Below are positions 24,317-33,056 of a stretch of DNA of 33,056 nt, one piece after another. A model generated the notes under the pieces. It saw only the letters and a list, made by a program, of their open reading frames with translations, searched no databases and was not told where the DNA came from. The position numbers were made by a program, and so were the translations under genes. The DNA is taken from IMG/VR virus record IMGVR_UViG_3300025806_000104, positions 1-33,056 of that record; one strand, written 5' to 3'. The stretch comes from a virus (lineage: Duplodnaviria > Caudoviricetes). Within the stretch, counting starts at the first letter, position 1; each line of letters opens with the position of its first letter.

Positions 24317-27300
24317 ATGGCAATGATTAGAGAAAAGCGTGAGTTTAGAATCTCGCCCATTGGCGTTGCGCGATCATCTTCCGCAGGTCAAATTACTGGT
24401 GAGGCAATAGCACGAAACGCAGCAAAGGCCGAAGCGGTTGCTTATAAAAGAGCGGTTCAAAACGCTGAGAAAAGTGGAATTGATCTAGCAAATGCTTTAT
24501 CGGGTGAGCAGGTAATGGCGCTTGACCCCTCTACAGGGCTACCAGAAGTTCACGAAGGGCCAAAAGGTTTAGGTCGTGTTGCTCAACAGGCTTACCAAAA
24601 CGTATTACTTACAAGATTTGAGCAAGAGTTAGGAACTCAAATTGATGGCAAAATGAAAGAGCTTGCCCTTAAATACGATCTTAGCCCTTCTGGATTTAAC
24701 AAAGCAGCATCAGAATACATTGCGCAAATGGCAAACACTGAAACAAGCACAGTGTTTAGCAATGAGATTGTAAGAGTTGGTCAGGCTGTAAAGCAGGGGT
24801 ATGCTCACAATCTTAGCTTAAAGGCTTTAACTAGAGAAAGAGCAGAGCAGGTTGATGCTTATAATTTAAGAATACAAGAAAGACAGGCTGCATTAGAGAT
24901 TGCTGCAAGAACAGGCGACACTGAGCAAATTCAGCTTATCCTTAAGCAAGGCGCTGTTGACGATCAGAATATGACTAACTCTCAGCTAGTAACTGCTAGC
25001 TCAACGAAGCTAAATTCTAAGTTTGACAATGTTGCAATAGCGCGTGGCACTCTAAGAAGTGTTATTGAGACTGGCAATTTTACTCACATGGAGTTGCTAG
25101 AAATCCAGTCAGCCGTTGATATGGGGAACTTAGGCGGTCTTTCAGAAGAAATAAAAAATGCCCTTGGAAAAGACTTTCAAGATGTTCTTTCTGACCCATC
25201 AACTTTTGAGCAATTTACCCAATATGCCAATGAGTACATGGGAGATGCCGTTGGCGCTTCTTCGATCAAAGTTACCAAGTCTATTCAGGAAGCGCGTGTT
25301 GCTGCAAACTTTGGCAAAAACTCTAACATTAAGATTGGTCAAACCTCAGACTCAATAGCAAGTGGTCTTGATCCGTCTGCTGAAACTGAGGAAGTTATTA
25401 AAGCTTATGAGGATTCTGTAACTGCACAAAACAGTGCAGTTGTTGCAGGTATATCTGATGGCAACGAGCTTGTATTGGGCGCTACCAAAAGAGTTAATGG
25501 TTTGGCAGATGGGATTCAGCGACATATCGTTAGTCAGCTAACAAGCAAAGAAGAGATTGTTAATGTTATTCAGTTTTTAAATAACCCAAGCGCACAAGGC
25601 TTTAAAGGGATACCAAAAGACCTACACGACGATTTAAAAGATTTAGTGCTATTAGATAGTAAGACTGGTCTTGGCCTTAAGAAAAGTGCCATTACTTTTT
25701 TTGAAGGCTTTAAAGATGAGACAGCCTTTAAAGAAAACCAAGTAAAAATTAAGGCAGGAATTGAGCTTTACAAAGATGTAAACGAAGCAATTGACAATAC
25801 AATAAGAACAGGTTCTGACGTTGATGGTGTAAACACTTCTTACGCTGAAACGATGTCTAATATAGAAAGCTCTAAAGCAGACAAGGAAGTAATAGAACGG
25901 CAGAAAAACTCTCTTAATAATGCTGCGGCAACAGCATATATAAGACTGGCCATAAGTTCTGCGCCAACAGCAGAAATGGCAGAAGCTATGGTAGCTTATG
26001 CTAAAGGAATAGAGCCTAGCATTTCACTGCCAGACAATGTTCGTGATGTTTTAGACAAAGCTAAAAGACTTGGCGATGAATCAACAATAACAACCGCAGC
26101 AAATAATAAGTCTCAAGCTAAAATTAAAGATTTAAAAAACAGAGCAGCTTTAAGTAAAATGGATAAGTTGAACTCTGATATTAGTCGTGGAATGGCTGAT
26201 GCTTCTGACAAGGATAATAGAGAGCATGTAGATACCGTTCTTAAGCTAGGGGATGATTTCTATAGAGTTTCCTCTAGCAAACAAGATCAAGGCTTTAAAG
26301 CCGTAGGCCAAGTTATTCTTCCACAGTCATTTGTTAGCCTCCTTGACCAAGCCGCAAATGGTAATGTCCCGACAGGGATGATGAATAGATTGCTGTCTCT
26401 CTATGCCAATACATCTACTCAGATTGATAGAAACGGAATAGAAAGCCTTTCTAATAGTCACTCTGCTTTAGATGCAAAGACTAAAGCATTTTGGGACTTA
26501 ATGTCTTCATATCAACAGCAATCCGATACACCAATTAATGAGGCGCAGTTTAAACAGTTTGCCGACTTTTATAAAGAAACTGCACGAGGCGAAGGCTTTG
26601 CTACAGTAATAGGTTCTCAGTTAGCTCAGTATGCTGCTGAAGAAACAGGAGATACGGCTACAAAAAATCAGACTGCAACACCCCTGCAGTACCTTCAATC
26701 TTTAACTGGCCCAGATAAAGACACTCCAATAAGCGCTGCTATAAGAAATACAAAGATGGCAGAAATGTTAGAGGCATCTGTCTTCGCTTGGTTTGCTGAT
26801 CGCGGTGGCGCAAACAAAATAGACATGCCTTTAAAAGATTATGTAACCCAAAAAGCAGAGGCGCTTTATGTTGAGGACGAAAATGTTTTGCCTGAGTTTG
26901 GTGAAACAAAAACAATATATCCTCTCTCTGCTACATTAAGCAGCGATCCTAAAACGCAGGAAATGTTTCTTGATGCAGTAAGAAAAGACTTGCATTTAAT
27001 GGATAAGGATTTTGGTTGGGCGACTAAAGAGTTTAAGCTTAGACCAGTTGGGCAAAACCTAGACACAGGCATGACGTATGCTGTTATGGTTAAGGGCGAA
27101 GATGGCGAGTTTTCTTTGTATGAGTATTCTCATGATGTAGTAACGGACTACAATATTACTGATACATTTATGATTCCTGCTTTTATCTCTACTAAAGAAG
27201 AAAAGTATTTGCAAAATATAAGGGCTTTGGAATCTTACCAAGGAGAAGCGGCTGTTACTAGAGCCGAAGAAACGGCTCGTATGGAAGAGGCTAGGCGATT

Positions 27301-27943
27301 ATACCCTGCTCACAGTGTTCAGCTAAAAGAAAAAGTATCAGAGATAAAAGGCACTATTGATATAAATGTCTTTAGCAGTTTAACCGATGAGCAAAGAAAA
27401 GTTTTTGCTAATCTTACTGACAGCAATGAGCAAGATTTAGTTGGCGTTACACCGTCACCTGAGTTTGCTGCTCTTTATGAAGCAATGCAAAATCATTATG
27501 ATGTAAGCAACAATAATGCTTTAGGGCCGTCCTCTTCAATGGAGAAGGTCAATCAAGAGTTTGCCAAAGCAACTCAGCTTTTCATGCTTCTGTCTGGTCA
27601 GGGCATAGTGCCAATAGAAGATGTAAACAGGATGCTGACTGGTAAGTTCTCTAGCATGGACGATACAGAAGCACAGCTAACAGGCGATGCCCCAGAAGCA
27701 GAAGCGCCGCCAGAGCCACAGCCTATAGACCTCGGCCCTTCTATGGCTATCTACAATAACCCAACAAACGAAACATATCTAATTAAGATAAAGGGAAAGA
27801 TCGGTACATTTAGAGTGGATAGCGAAAGCCTGTCATCTATACCTAGAAGCCAAATAGAAGGTAAAAATGTAACGATCACAGAGGATGATGGCGACGATTA
27901 CAAGAAAAGAAGTTCAAGCTATCTCAAAAGGGTTTTTAAGTAA
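24317..27943 (+). CDS. Large internal virion protein (gp15-like position)
   Basis: 1208 aa, helical, Ala-rich; gene order. Confidence 0.65.
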   Translation: MAMIREKREFRISPIGVARSSSAGQITGEAIARNAAKAEAVAYKRAVQNAEKSGIDLANALSGEQVMALDPSTGLPEVHEGPKGLGRVAQQAYQNVLLTRFEQELGTQIDGKMKELALKYDLSPSGFNKAASEYIAQMANTETSTVFSNEIVRVGQAVKQGYAHNLSLKALTRERAEQVDAYNLRIQERQAALEIAARTGDTEQIQLILKQGAVDDQNMTNSQLVTASSTKLNSKFDNVAIARGTLRSVIETGNFTHMELLEIQSAVDMGNLGGLSEEIKNALGKDFQDVLSDPSTFEQFTQYANEYMGDAVGASSIKVTKSIQEARVAANFGKNSNIKIGQTSDSIASGLDPSAETEEVIKAYEDSVTAQNSAVVAGISDGNELVLGATKRVNGLADGIQRHIVSQLTSKEEIVNVIQFLNNPSAQGFKGIPKDLHDDLKDLVLLDSKTGLGLKKSAITFFEGFKDETAFKENQVKIKAGIELYKDVNEAIDNTIRTGSDVDGVNTSYAETMSNIESSKADKEVIERQKNSLNNAAATAYIRLAISSAPTAEMAEAMVAYAKGIEPSISLPDNVRDVLDKAKRLGDESTITTAANNKSQAKIKDLKNRAALSKMDKLNSDISRGMADASDKDNREHVDTVLKLGDDFYRVSSSKQDQGFKAVGQVILPQSFVSLLDQAANGNVPTGMMNRLLSLYANTSTQIDRNGIESLSNSHSALDAKTKAFWDLMSSYQQQSDTPINEAQFKQFADFYKETARGEGFATVIGSQLAQYAAEETGDTATKNQTATPLQYLQSLTGPDKDTPISAAIRNTKMAEMLEASVFAWFADRGGANKIDMPLKDYVTQKAEALYVEDENVLPEFGETKTIYPLSATLSSDPKTQEMFLDAVRKDLHLMDKDFGWATKEFKLRPVGQNLDTGMTYAVMVKGEDGEFSLYEYSHDVVTDYNITDTFMIPAFISTKEEKYLQNIRALESYQGEAAVTRAEETARMEEARRLYPAHSVQLKEKVSEIKGTIDINVFSSLTDEQRKVFANLTDSNEQDLVGVTPSPEFAALYEAMQNHYDVSNNNALGPSSSMEKVNQEFAKATQLFMLLSGQGIVPIEDVNRMLTGKFSSMDDTEAQLTGDAPEAEAPPEPQPIDLGPSMAIYNNPTNETYLIKIKGKIGTFRVDSESLSSIPRSQIEGKNVTITEDDGDDYKKRSSSYLKRVFK

Positions 27944-30900
27944 TGGTCGTTAATCCAAACAGTTTTAGGTATGGCAACTTTGACCAGTTAAATCCTCAAG
28001 ACTCCAGACAGCCTTCCTTCTCAGATACTTTGTCTGCATCATTCGGCTATACATATGACCCTGCATATGAAGCATTTCAAAACAAACGTAAATTTGGAAG
28101 TGTTAGGCAGCAAGGATATAACCCATTAGAAGACCTTGGCGAGTATTCTTTACACGCAATGGAGTTACGCAGTGCTGTTAGCCCAGAGCATATGATTGAG
28201 ATGAAGCGTGGCATAGATGAATCGCTTGAAAGACGCAGGGTGCTTGGCGAATCTTCATTTATCTCTCAGCTTGGCGCAGGTCTGTTTGATCCTCTTAACT
28301 TCTTAGCCTTGCCTTTTGGTGGCCCCACATTGGGCATAGGGCGGTCAGCACTTAGGGTCGGCGCAGGGACAGCAGCAATTCAAGCAGGTGTTGAGGCGAC
28401 TTTAATACAGCCATATGATGCTGTGCAAACTAGCACTGAGAGCGCAGTAAATGTAGCAGGTGCATTTTTGTTTGGTGGTGCAATGGGTGGGGCTATATCA
28501 ATTCCCATTACTAAACGCGCTGCGGCTTATGGCAAAATAAAACAATCACTTGAGACTCACGCTAAATCATTAAGGCAAATAGAATATGCTAGCGAACTTA
28601 CCGCAGATGACTTTGGCACAATAGGTTCGCCAGAACTTAGACCACTATCTGAAGTGGCTGAAGCAGATGTAAACAAAAAAATTACAGAGCTTACTGCAAA
28701 ACAACAGCAGCTTGTTGCTGCAACAGACGAAGCACAATTAAGTTCGGCGACAGAGATTCAGTTAGAAGAGGTAAACGCAGAGCTTTCTTTGCATAAAAGA
28801 GAACATGCAATAAGAAAGCTTGAAAGCGATGGCTTTGACCAAAGCAAGATGTGGTCAATGGCTGATAATGCTTTTACTGATAGTGGCTTTTATAAATTTG
28901 TAACCACACCGTTTAAAAGAATTATACAGTCAAATAGAGCTACAGCTTCTATAAAGGAGGCTACAGTAAGGCTAGCAGGTGATGCGGGTATCAACTTAGT
29001 AATGAACACCCTTGGCTTTGCTAGCCCCCTCTCAGTGCATCAGAGGGCTGCTGTAAGGAACGGACAGTGGATTAAAGCAAACGACGATATTGTTCGCTTG
29101 TTCCGCGAAGACGTTGGGCTGTCAAATACATCTAGGCTTGACGTTGATCCTGTTCTTGCTTGGCGATCTTTAACAAATAGAGATGACAGTTATGGTAATT
29201 GGCTTAGACGCATAAACGAAAAGCGAACTAAAAAAGATACCAACCTTAGTGACCTTGAAAAAAGAACCATTAAGATTCTAGATGAGTTTTTTCAAAAAGC
29301 AGAGCGTGAGCTAAATGATGTTGGTTTAATAGGATCAACAAAATCAATAACCAATCGACTAAAACATGTTGAGCGAGAGCTTCTTGATTTGGAAGATTCT
29401 TTATCAAAAATGGCAGATAATGTTAAGTTTGCAAGGCTGCGTGAAGAAGACATAAGAAGAAAAGGGTATTTAGAAAGGCAGAAATCAGAGCTTGAGGCTA
29501 GCTTGCAAGCATTTAGAGATGAGCCGCAAGAGCTAACAGATAACTTTTTGCCTCGTTTCTGGGACATGGGAGCAATTAAGGCCCGAAGAGGAGAGCTTTT
29601 TAATATATTGTTTAAACATTACTCTGATAACCCTACAATATGGATGTTTCAAAACAATAAATGGGGATTGGTTCGTTTAAAAACCGACACAGGTTCTATA
29701 GAAAAACGTGTTGATGAAACAATAGACACAATTCTTGGCGACAATAACCCAACAGATGAAGCCAATATTGGTTTTGGTTATGGAAGATCAAAGCACTTTC
29801 GTCATAGGCAAGTAGACATTCCAAATGAATTGGTCTGGGACTTTATTGTTCAAGACCCCATTGCAATTATGAAGACTTACACTGCGCGAGTTGCTCCACG
29901 ACTTGAGTTTAGAAGGCAGTTTGGAGGTGACGTTGATGATGTCACTTATAAATTAAGAAGAGATATGGTTGCCAAGGGCTTTTCTGAGGATCAGATTAAT
30001 AAAGACATGAAAGACTTTATGATTCTGTACGATAGAATTGCAGGTGCTGTCTTAGACAATCCATCAGCCTTAAGCCAAAGAACAGCATACATGATGAAGG
30101 AAGCTGCTTCTTTGAATTATATGGGCGGTGCTTGGGCTGCTGCCATTCCTGAGTTTGGCAGAATTATTATGGAGCATGACGGCGGCGTTATGGTGAAGGC
30201 CATGCAGGGCATGCTTGATAAAGAGGTGTTGGCTGCGTCTGCTGCGGAAACTCGCATGAGTGGTGAGGCTGCTGATATTGTAAGGGGCAGCGCTCATGCT
30301 CGTTTGGTCGATGACATGGCAAACAATGTAGATGCAGGTGAGTTATGGAACAAGGCTCGTAATGCTTACTATGTTTTAAACGGACTAGGGCCAGTTACGC
30401 AAATTAGCAAAATGCTTGATGGCATGGCTAGAGCGCATACAATTATTGAGCGCTCAGTAAAACTGTCAGAAGGAAAAGCAACAAAGTTTGAGAAAACATG
30501 GCTTGCAAGAAATGGCATTAGTAATGAAGCTGCTTTAGAAATAGCAAAAGCGCCTTGGCAAAAATCTGATAGCGGATTAATTTTAGCTAATACTGAACAA
30601 TGGCTTGATAGCATTTATGTCCCAGAGATGGATGGTAAGCGAGTTAATATTGTTGAAGCAAAAGAAGATGGATCGCCTGTTGGCACACAAGGTGTAGGAG
30701 CAGATGGTGAAAGCATATATGTTCCTGCTAGATATAATGAAAAATCAAATACTATTTTCTTTGATAGAGAATACATTGAGGGCAAGTTTTTTGAAAACAA
30801 GGTTTGGTTAAATCCTAGAAGAGAAGGGATTAAGCCTTTAGAGGATGTTTTTAAAACGCCTAAGTCTTGGTCTAACTTTGTTATGCTGCATGAAATTATG

Positions 30901-31731
30901 CACACAAGGTTTAGAGCAAAAGACCTTGGGTTTAATAAAGAAACCAACGAAGGTTTTGTTGGATACGAAAACAAAATTAACGAACTGGCTTTTGCTGAGT
31001 GGAAAAAGCAATCAAAAGTACGAGAGCAAACAGTTAGCGATTTTCGCGCTGCACTAAATACTGGAATCCTAAATACAATTATGATGGCAACCCCTGCGGA
31101 TAGGCCAATTATCAGTGATGGCGTTGCTTTTGTCCCATATCGCATTGCTAAGAAATTTGGTTACTCAGAAGACAAAAAATATAAAGGTTACTCTCGCATT
31201 GAGAATGGCTTTATGGCTTTGCCGTTTCAGTTCTATAGCTACACCCTTGCTAATGTAAACAAAATGGTTGGCGGCATGGCTCACGGTCAAATGAAGAACA
31301 GAGTTGTTGGTGTTTCTGCAATGTTAGGTTTGGGTTACATATCTGTTAAGGCTAAAACCCCAGACTTTGTTTGGGAGGACATGGAATGGAGAGATAGGTT
31401 TGCTAGGTCTTATGACTCAAGTGGCTTAACAGCGCTTTACAGTGATTTGTTTTATACTTCTATGCACACAAGCTTGGCGCTTGGTGGGCCAAACATAACT
31501 AATGGATATTTAAGCCCTAAGTTTCCACAAGAACCAAGTGTAGCTGATGCAATTACAGGGCTTGCAGGTGCAGGGCCGTCTATAACCTACGACATCGGAG
31601 CGGGTGCTGCTCAGTTTGCGTCTGGTGAATATGGTGAGGGCGCTAAAAATGTATTTAGGAATCTGCCTTTTACTAGAATGTGGTTCTGGAAAGATGAGAT
31701 GAATCAAATGACTCGCGCTTGGTCACAGTAA
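27943..31731 (+). CDS. Large internal virion protein (gp16-like) with HExxH insert
   Basis: GLFDPLN + Gly/Ala hydrophobic N-region, FQFYSY, LPF near the C-terminus; HEIMH at 30889-30903. Confidence 0.75.
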   Translation: MVVNPNSFRYGNFDQLNPQDSRQPSFSDTLSASFGYTYDPAYEAFQNKRKFGSVRQQGYNPLEDLGEYSLHAMELRSAVSPEHMIEMKRGIDESLERRRVLGESSFISQLGAGLFDPLNFLALPFGGPTLGIGRSALRVGAGTAAIQAGVEATLIQPYDAVQTSTESAVNVAGAFLFGGAMGGAISIPITKRAAAYGKIKQSLETHAKSLRQIEYASELTADDFGTIGSPELRPLSEVAEADVNKKITELTAKQQQLVAATDEAQLSSATEIQLEEVNAELSLHKREHAIRKLESDGFDQSKMWSMADNAFTDSGFYKFVTTPFKRIIQSNRATASIKEATVRLAGDAGINLVMNTLGFASPLSVHQRAAVRNGQWIKANDDIVRLFREDVGLSNTSRLDVDPVLAWRSLTNRDDSYGNWLRRINEKRTKKDTNLSDLEKRTIKILDEFFQKAERELNDVGLIGSTKSITNRLKHVERELLDLEDSLSKMADNVKFARLREEDIRRKGYLERQKSELEASLQAFRDEPQELTDNFLPRFWDMGAIKARRGELFNILFKHYSDNPTIWMFQNNKWGLVRLKTDTGSIEKRVDETIDTILGDNNPTDEANIGFGYGRSKHFRHRQVDIPNELVWDFIVQDPIAIMKTYTARVAPRLEFRRQFGGDVDDVTYKLRRDMVAKGFSEDQINKDMKDFMILYDRIAGAVLDNPSALSQRTAYMMKEAASLNYMGGAWAAAIPEFGRIIMEHDGGVMVKAMQGMLDKEVLAASAAETRMSGEAADIVRGSAHARLVDDMANNVDAGELWNKARNAYYVLNGLGPVTQISKMLDGMARAHTIIERSVKLSEGKATKFEKTWLARNGISNEAALEIAKAPWQKSDSGLILANTEQWLDSIYVPEMDGKRVNIVEAKEDGSPVGTQGVGADGESIYVPARYNEKSNTIFFDREYIEGKFFENKVWLNPRREGIKPLEDVFKTPKSWSNFVMLHEIMHTRFRAKDLGFNKETNEGFVGYENKINELAFAEWKKQSKVREQTVSDFRAALNTGILNTIMMATPADRPIISDGVAFVPYRIAKKFGYSEDKKYKGYSRIENGFMALPFQFYSYTLANVNKMVGGMAHGQMKNRVVGVSAMLGLGYISVKAKTPDFVWEDMEWRDRFARSYDSSGLTALYSDLFYTSMHTSLALGGPNITNGYLSPKFPQEPSVADAITGLAGAGPSITYDIGAGAAQFASGEYGEGAKNVFRNLPFTRMWFWKDEMNQMTRAWSQ

Positions 31732-31745
31732 TTTGTAATGGTTTA

Positions 31746-31756
31746 TTTGTGCGTTG
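31746..31756 (+). promoter_or_regulatory. TTTGTGCGTTG motif upstream of the fibre operon
   Basis: Fourth motif copy, intergenic; -10 not clear. Confidence 0.45.
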
Positions 31757-31819
31757 ATGTTTCCTTGTTTTTGTAGAACAAGGAGTAAACTGGTGTTTAA
31801 CAGCTAAAGGAAAATAGAA

Positions 31820-32245
31820 ATGGCTAGTTTTGTAAAAGTAAATGACTTTGTAGAGTATGCGGTTGAGGGCATGAACCTCGGCAGTGATACCCTAATTGTC
31901 GCTCTATCTAACACAGACCCGACTGCGGGAACAAATGTTACAGCAGATGGGAACGGCGTATTGGCTAATATCACACAGATTAGTTACACAAATTTGTCGT
32001 CAAGAACTCTGACAAGTGTAACAAGCGCTCAGTCATCTGGCACATATAAGCTTGGTGCTGCCGACCTGACGCTAACTGCATCTGGTGGTTCTGTAGCAGC
32101 GTTTCGTTATGTGGTTATTTACAATGACACTGTGACGAATGACCCTGTTATTGGCTATTATGATTATGGAAGCTCACTGACACTGAACGACGGTGATACC
32201 TTTACAATCGACATTGGCAGCAATGGTATCCTGACCCTCGCATAA
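31820..32245 (+). CDS. Virion structural protein (beta-rich)
   Basis: FRYVVIYNDT...IGYYDYGSSLTLNDGDTFTID pattern; start of the tail-fibre operon. Confidence 0.65.
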   Translation: MASFVKVNDFVEYAVEGMNLGSDTLIVALSNTDPTAGTNVTADGNGVLANITQISYTNLSSRTLTSVTSAQSSGTYKLGAADLTLTASGGSVAAFRYVVIYNDTVTNDPVIGYYDYGSSLTLNDGDTFTIDIGSNGILTLA

Positions 32246-32256
32246 AGGGGTGTAAA

Positions 32257-32568
32257 ATGGCTAACGTAAAAATATCAGGGTTGCCAGCGGCAAGCGCTGG
32301 CGGTGCGGCCCAAGAGTTCGAGATTAACGATAGCGGTACGTCCAAAAAACTGACGGGCGCTCAAGTCAAAACTTTCGTCAACTCTGACCGCGCAGCGTTG
32401 GGGGCAAACTCTGACATCACAAGCCTGTCGGGTCTGACAACCGCAATCAGCATTGCGCAGGGCGGCACTGGCGCAACCTCTGCGGGCGCTGCTTTGACAG
32501 CCTTGGGAGCTACAACGGCAACAGCGGCGGCTGACGAAGCTACGGCTCTGGCAATTGCGTTAGGATAG
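32257..32568 (+). CDS. Small tail-fibre-associated protein
   Basis: NVKIS.LP, GANSDITSLSGLTT.ISIAQGGTGAT fibre motif, ends ALAIALG. Confidence 0.65.
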   Translation: MANVKISGLPAASAGGAAQEFEINDSGTSKKLTGAQVKTFVNSDRAALGANSDITSLSGLTTAISIAQGGTGATSAGAALTALGATTATAAADEATALAIALG

Positions 32569-32571
32569 GGT

Positions 32572-32916
32572 ATGGCAAATACATTCAAGACAATAACTAA
32601 AGCAGGGGTCACAAGCCTCGACACAATCTACACTGTAGCATCTTCGACAACTACTGTTGTTCTTGGCTTGGTGCTAGGCAACACGACAGGCTCAAGTGTG
32701 ACTGCAACGGTTACGCTGTCGAGCGACACAGCCAATCGTGCAGGGGCTAACAACGAAGCCAACCAAGATGTTGAGATTGTCACCAATGCACCCATTCCAT
32801 CAGCAAGCTCTCTTTCAGTTCTAGATGGCAAGATCATTATGGAAACAACAGATATACTGAAGGTGTCAGCCTCTGGTGCAACTGATGTCATCCTATCAAT
32901 TATGGAACAAACATAA
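32572..32916 (+). CDS. Virion structural protein
   Basis: MANTFK...YTV.SSTTTVV.GL...GKII.ETTD.LKV...DVILSIMEQT. Confidence 0.65.
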   Translation: MANTFKTITKAGVTSLDTIYTVASSTTTVVLGLVLGNTTGSSVTATVTLSSDTANRAGANNEANQDVEIVTNAPIPSASSLSVLDGKIIMETTDILKVSASGATDVILSIMEQT

Positions 32917-33056
32917 TGGCAGGGTATATCGGAAGCAAAGCAGCCGTCACTCAGGCTGATGGATACACCAAGACAGAGGCTGATGGAAGGTACGTTGAGG
33001 GTGACGATACTCTGTACGTTGACCAGACGAATAATCGGGTTGGCGTGGGAACCAGT
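32916..33056 (+). CDS. Tail fibre protein, 5' part (truncated by the window end)
   Basis: MAGYIGSKAAVTQADGYTKTEADGRYVEGDDTLYVDQTNNRVGVGTS; TAATG coupling. Confidence 0.75.
   Translation, partial: MAGYIGSKAAVTQADGYTKTEADGRYVEGDDTLYVDQTNNRVGVGTS

Noticed and set aside
1-33056. Alternative genetic code, auxiliary metabolic genes, tRNA or rRNA genes
   Set aside because: Standard-code ORFs tile the window densely and I recognised none of these

Overview
Nearly complete, circularly permuted genome of a small T7-tail-type podovirus. The contig breaks inside the tail-fibre region: it ends in a fibre N-terminus at 32916-33056 and starts in a fibre-domain C-terminus at 1-99. The + strand carries packaging and structural genes (terS, small basic ORFs, terL, portal, scaffold, major capsid, tail tubular A/B, internal virion proteins, fibres) and a lysis cassette. 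The - strand early region (5731-12251) is fully visible and encodes HTH regulators, a Holliday-junction resolvase, a YqaJ exonuclease, an annealase-like and an SSB-like protein. I recognise no DNA polymerase, primase, helicase, RNA polymerase or integrase. A marine alphaproteobacterial (Rhodobacteraceae-like) host is an inference. The most unusual part is 11540-12730. It is a ~1 kb cassette bounded by a 17-bp direct repeat, holding 9-bp periodic iteron-like repeats, an orphan 127-aa ORF with its own terminator, and a ~180-nt branched hairpin that buries that ORF's ribosome-binding site. Also seen: a late-promoter motif TTTGTGCRTTG (4 copies), an early operator ACTGC-N6-GCAG (3 copies), and a translationally coupled array of GDLA-ending fibre-domain paralogs. 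All product calls come from motif recognition and gene order; no searches were run.
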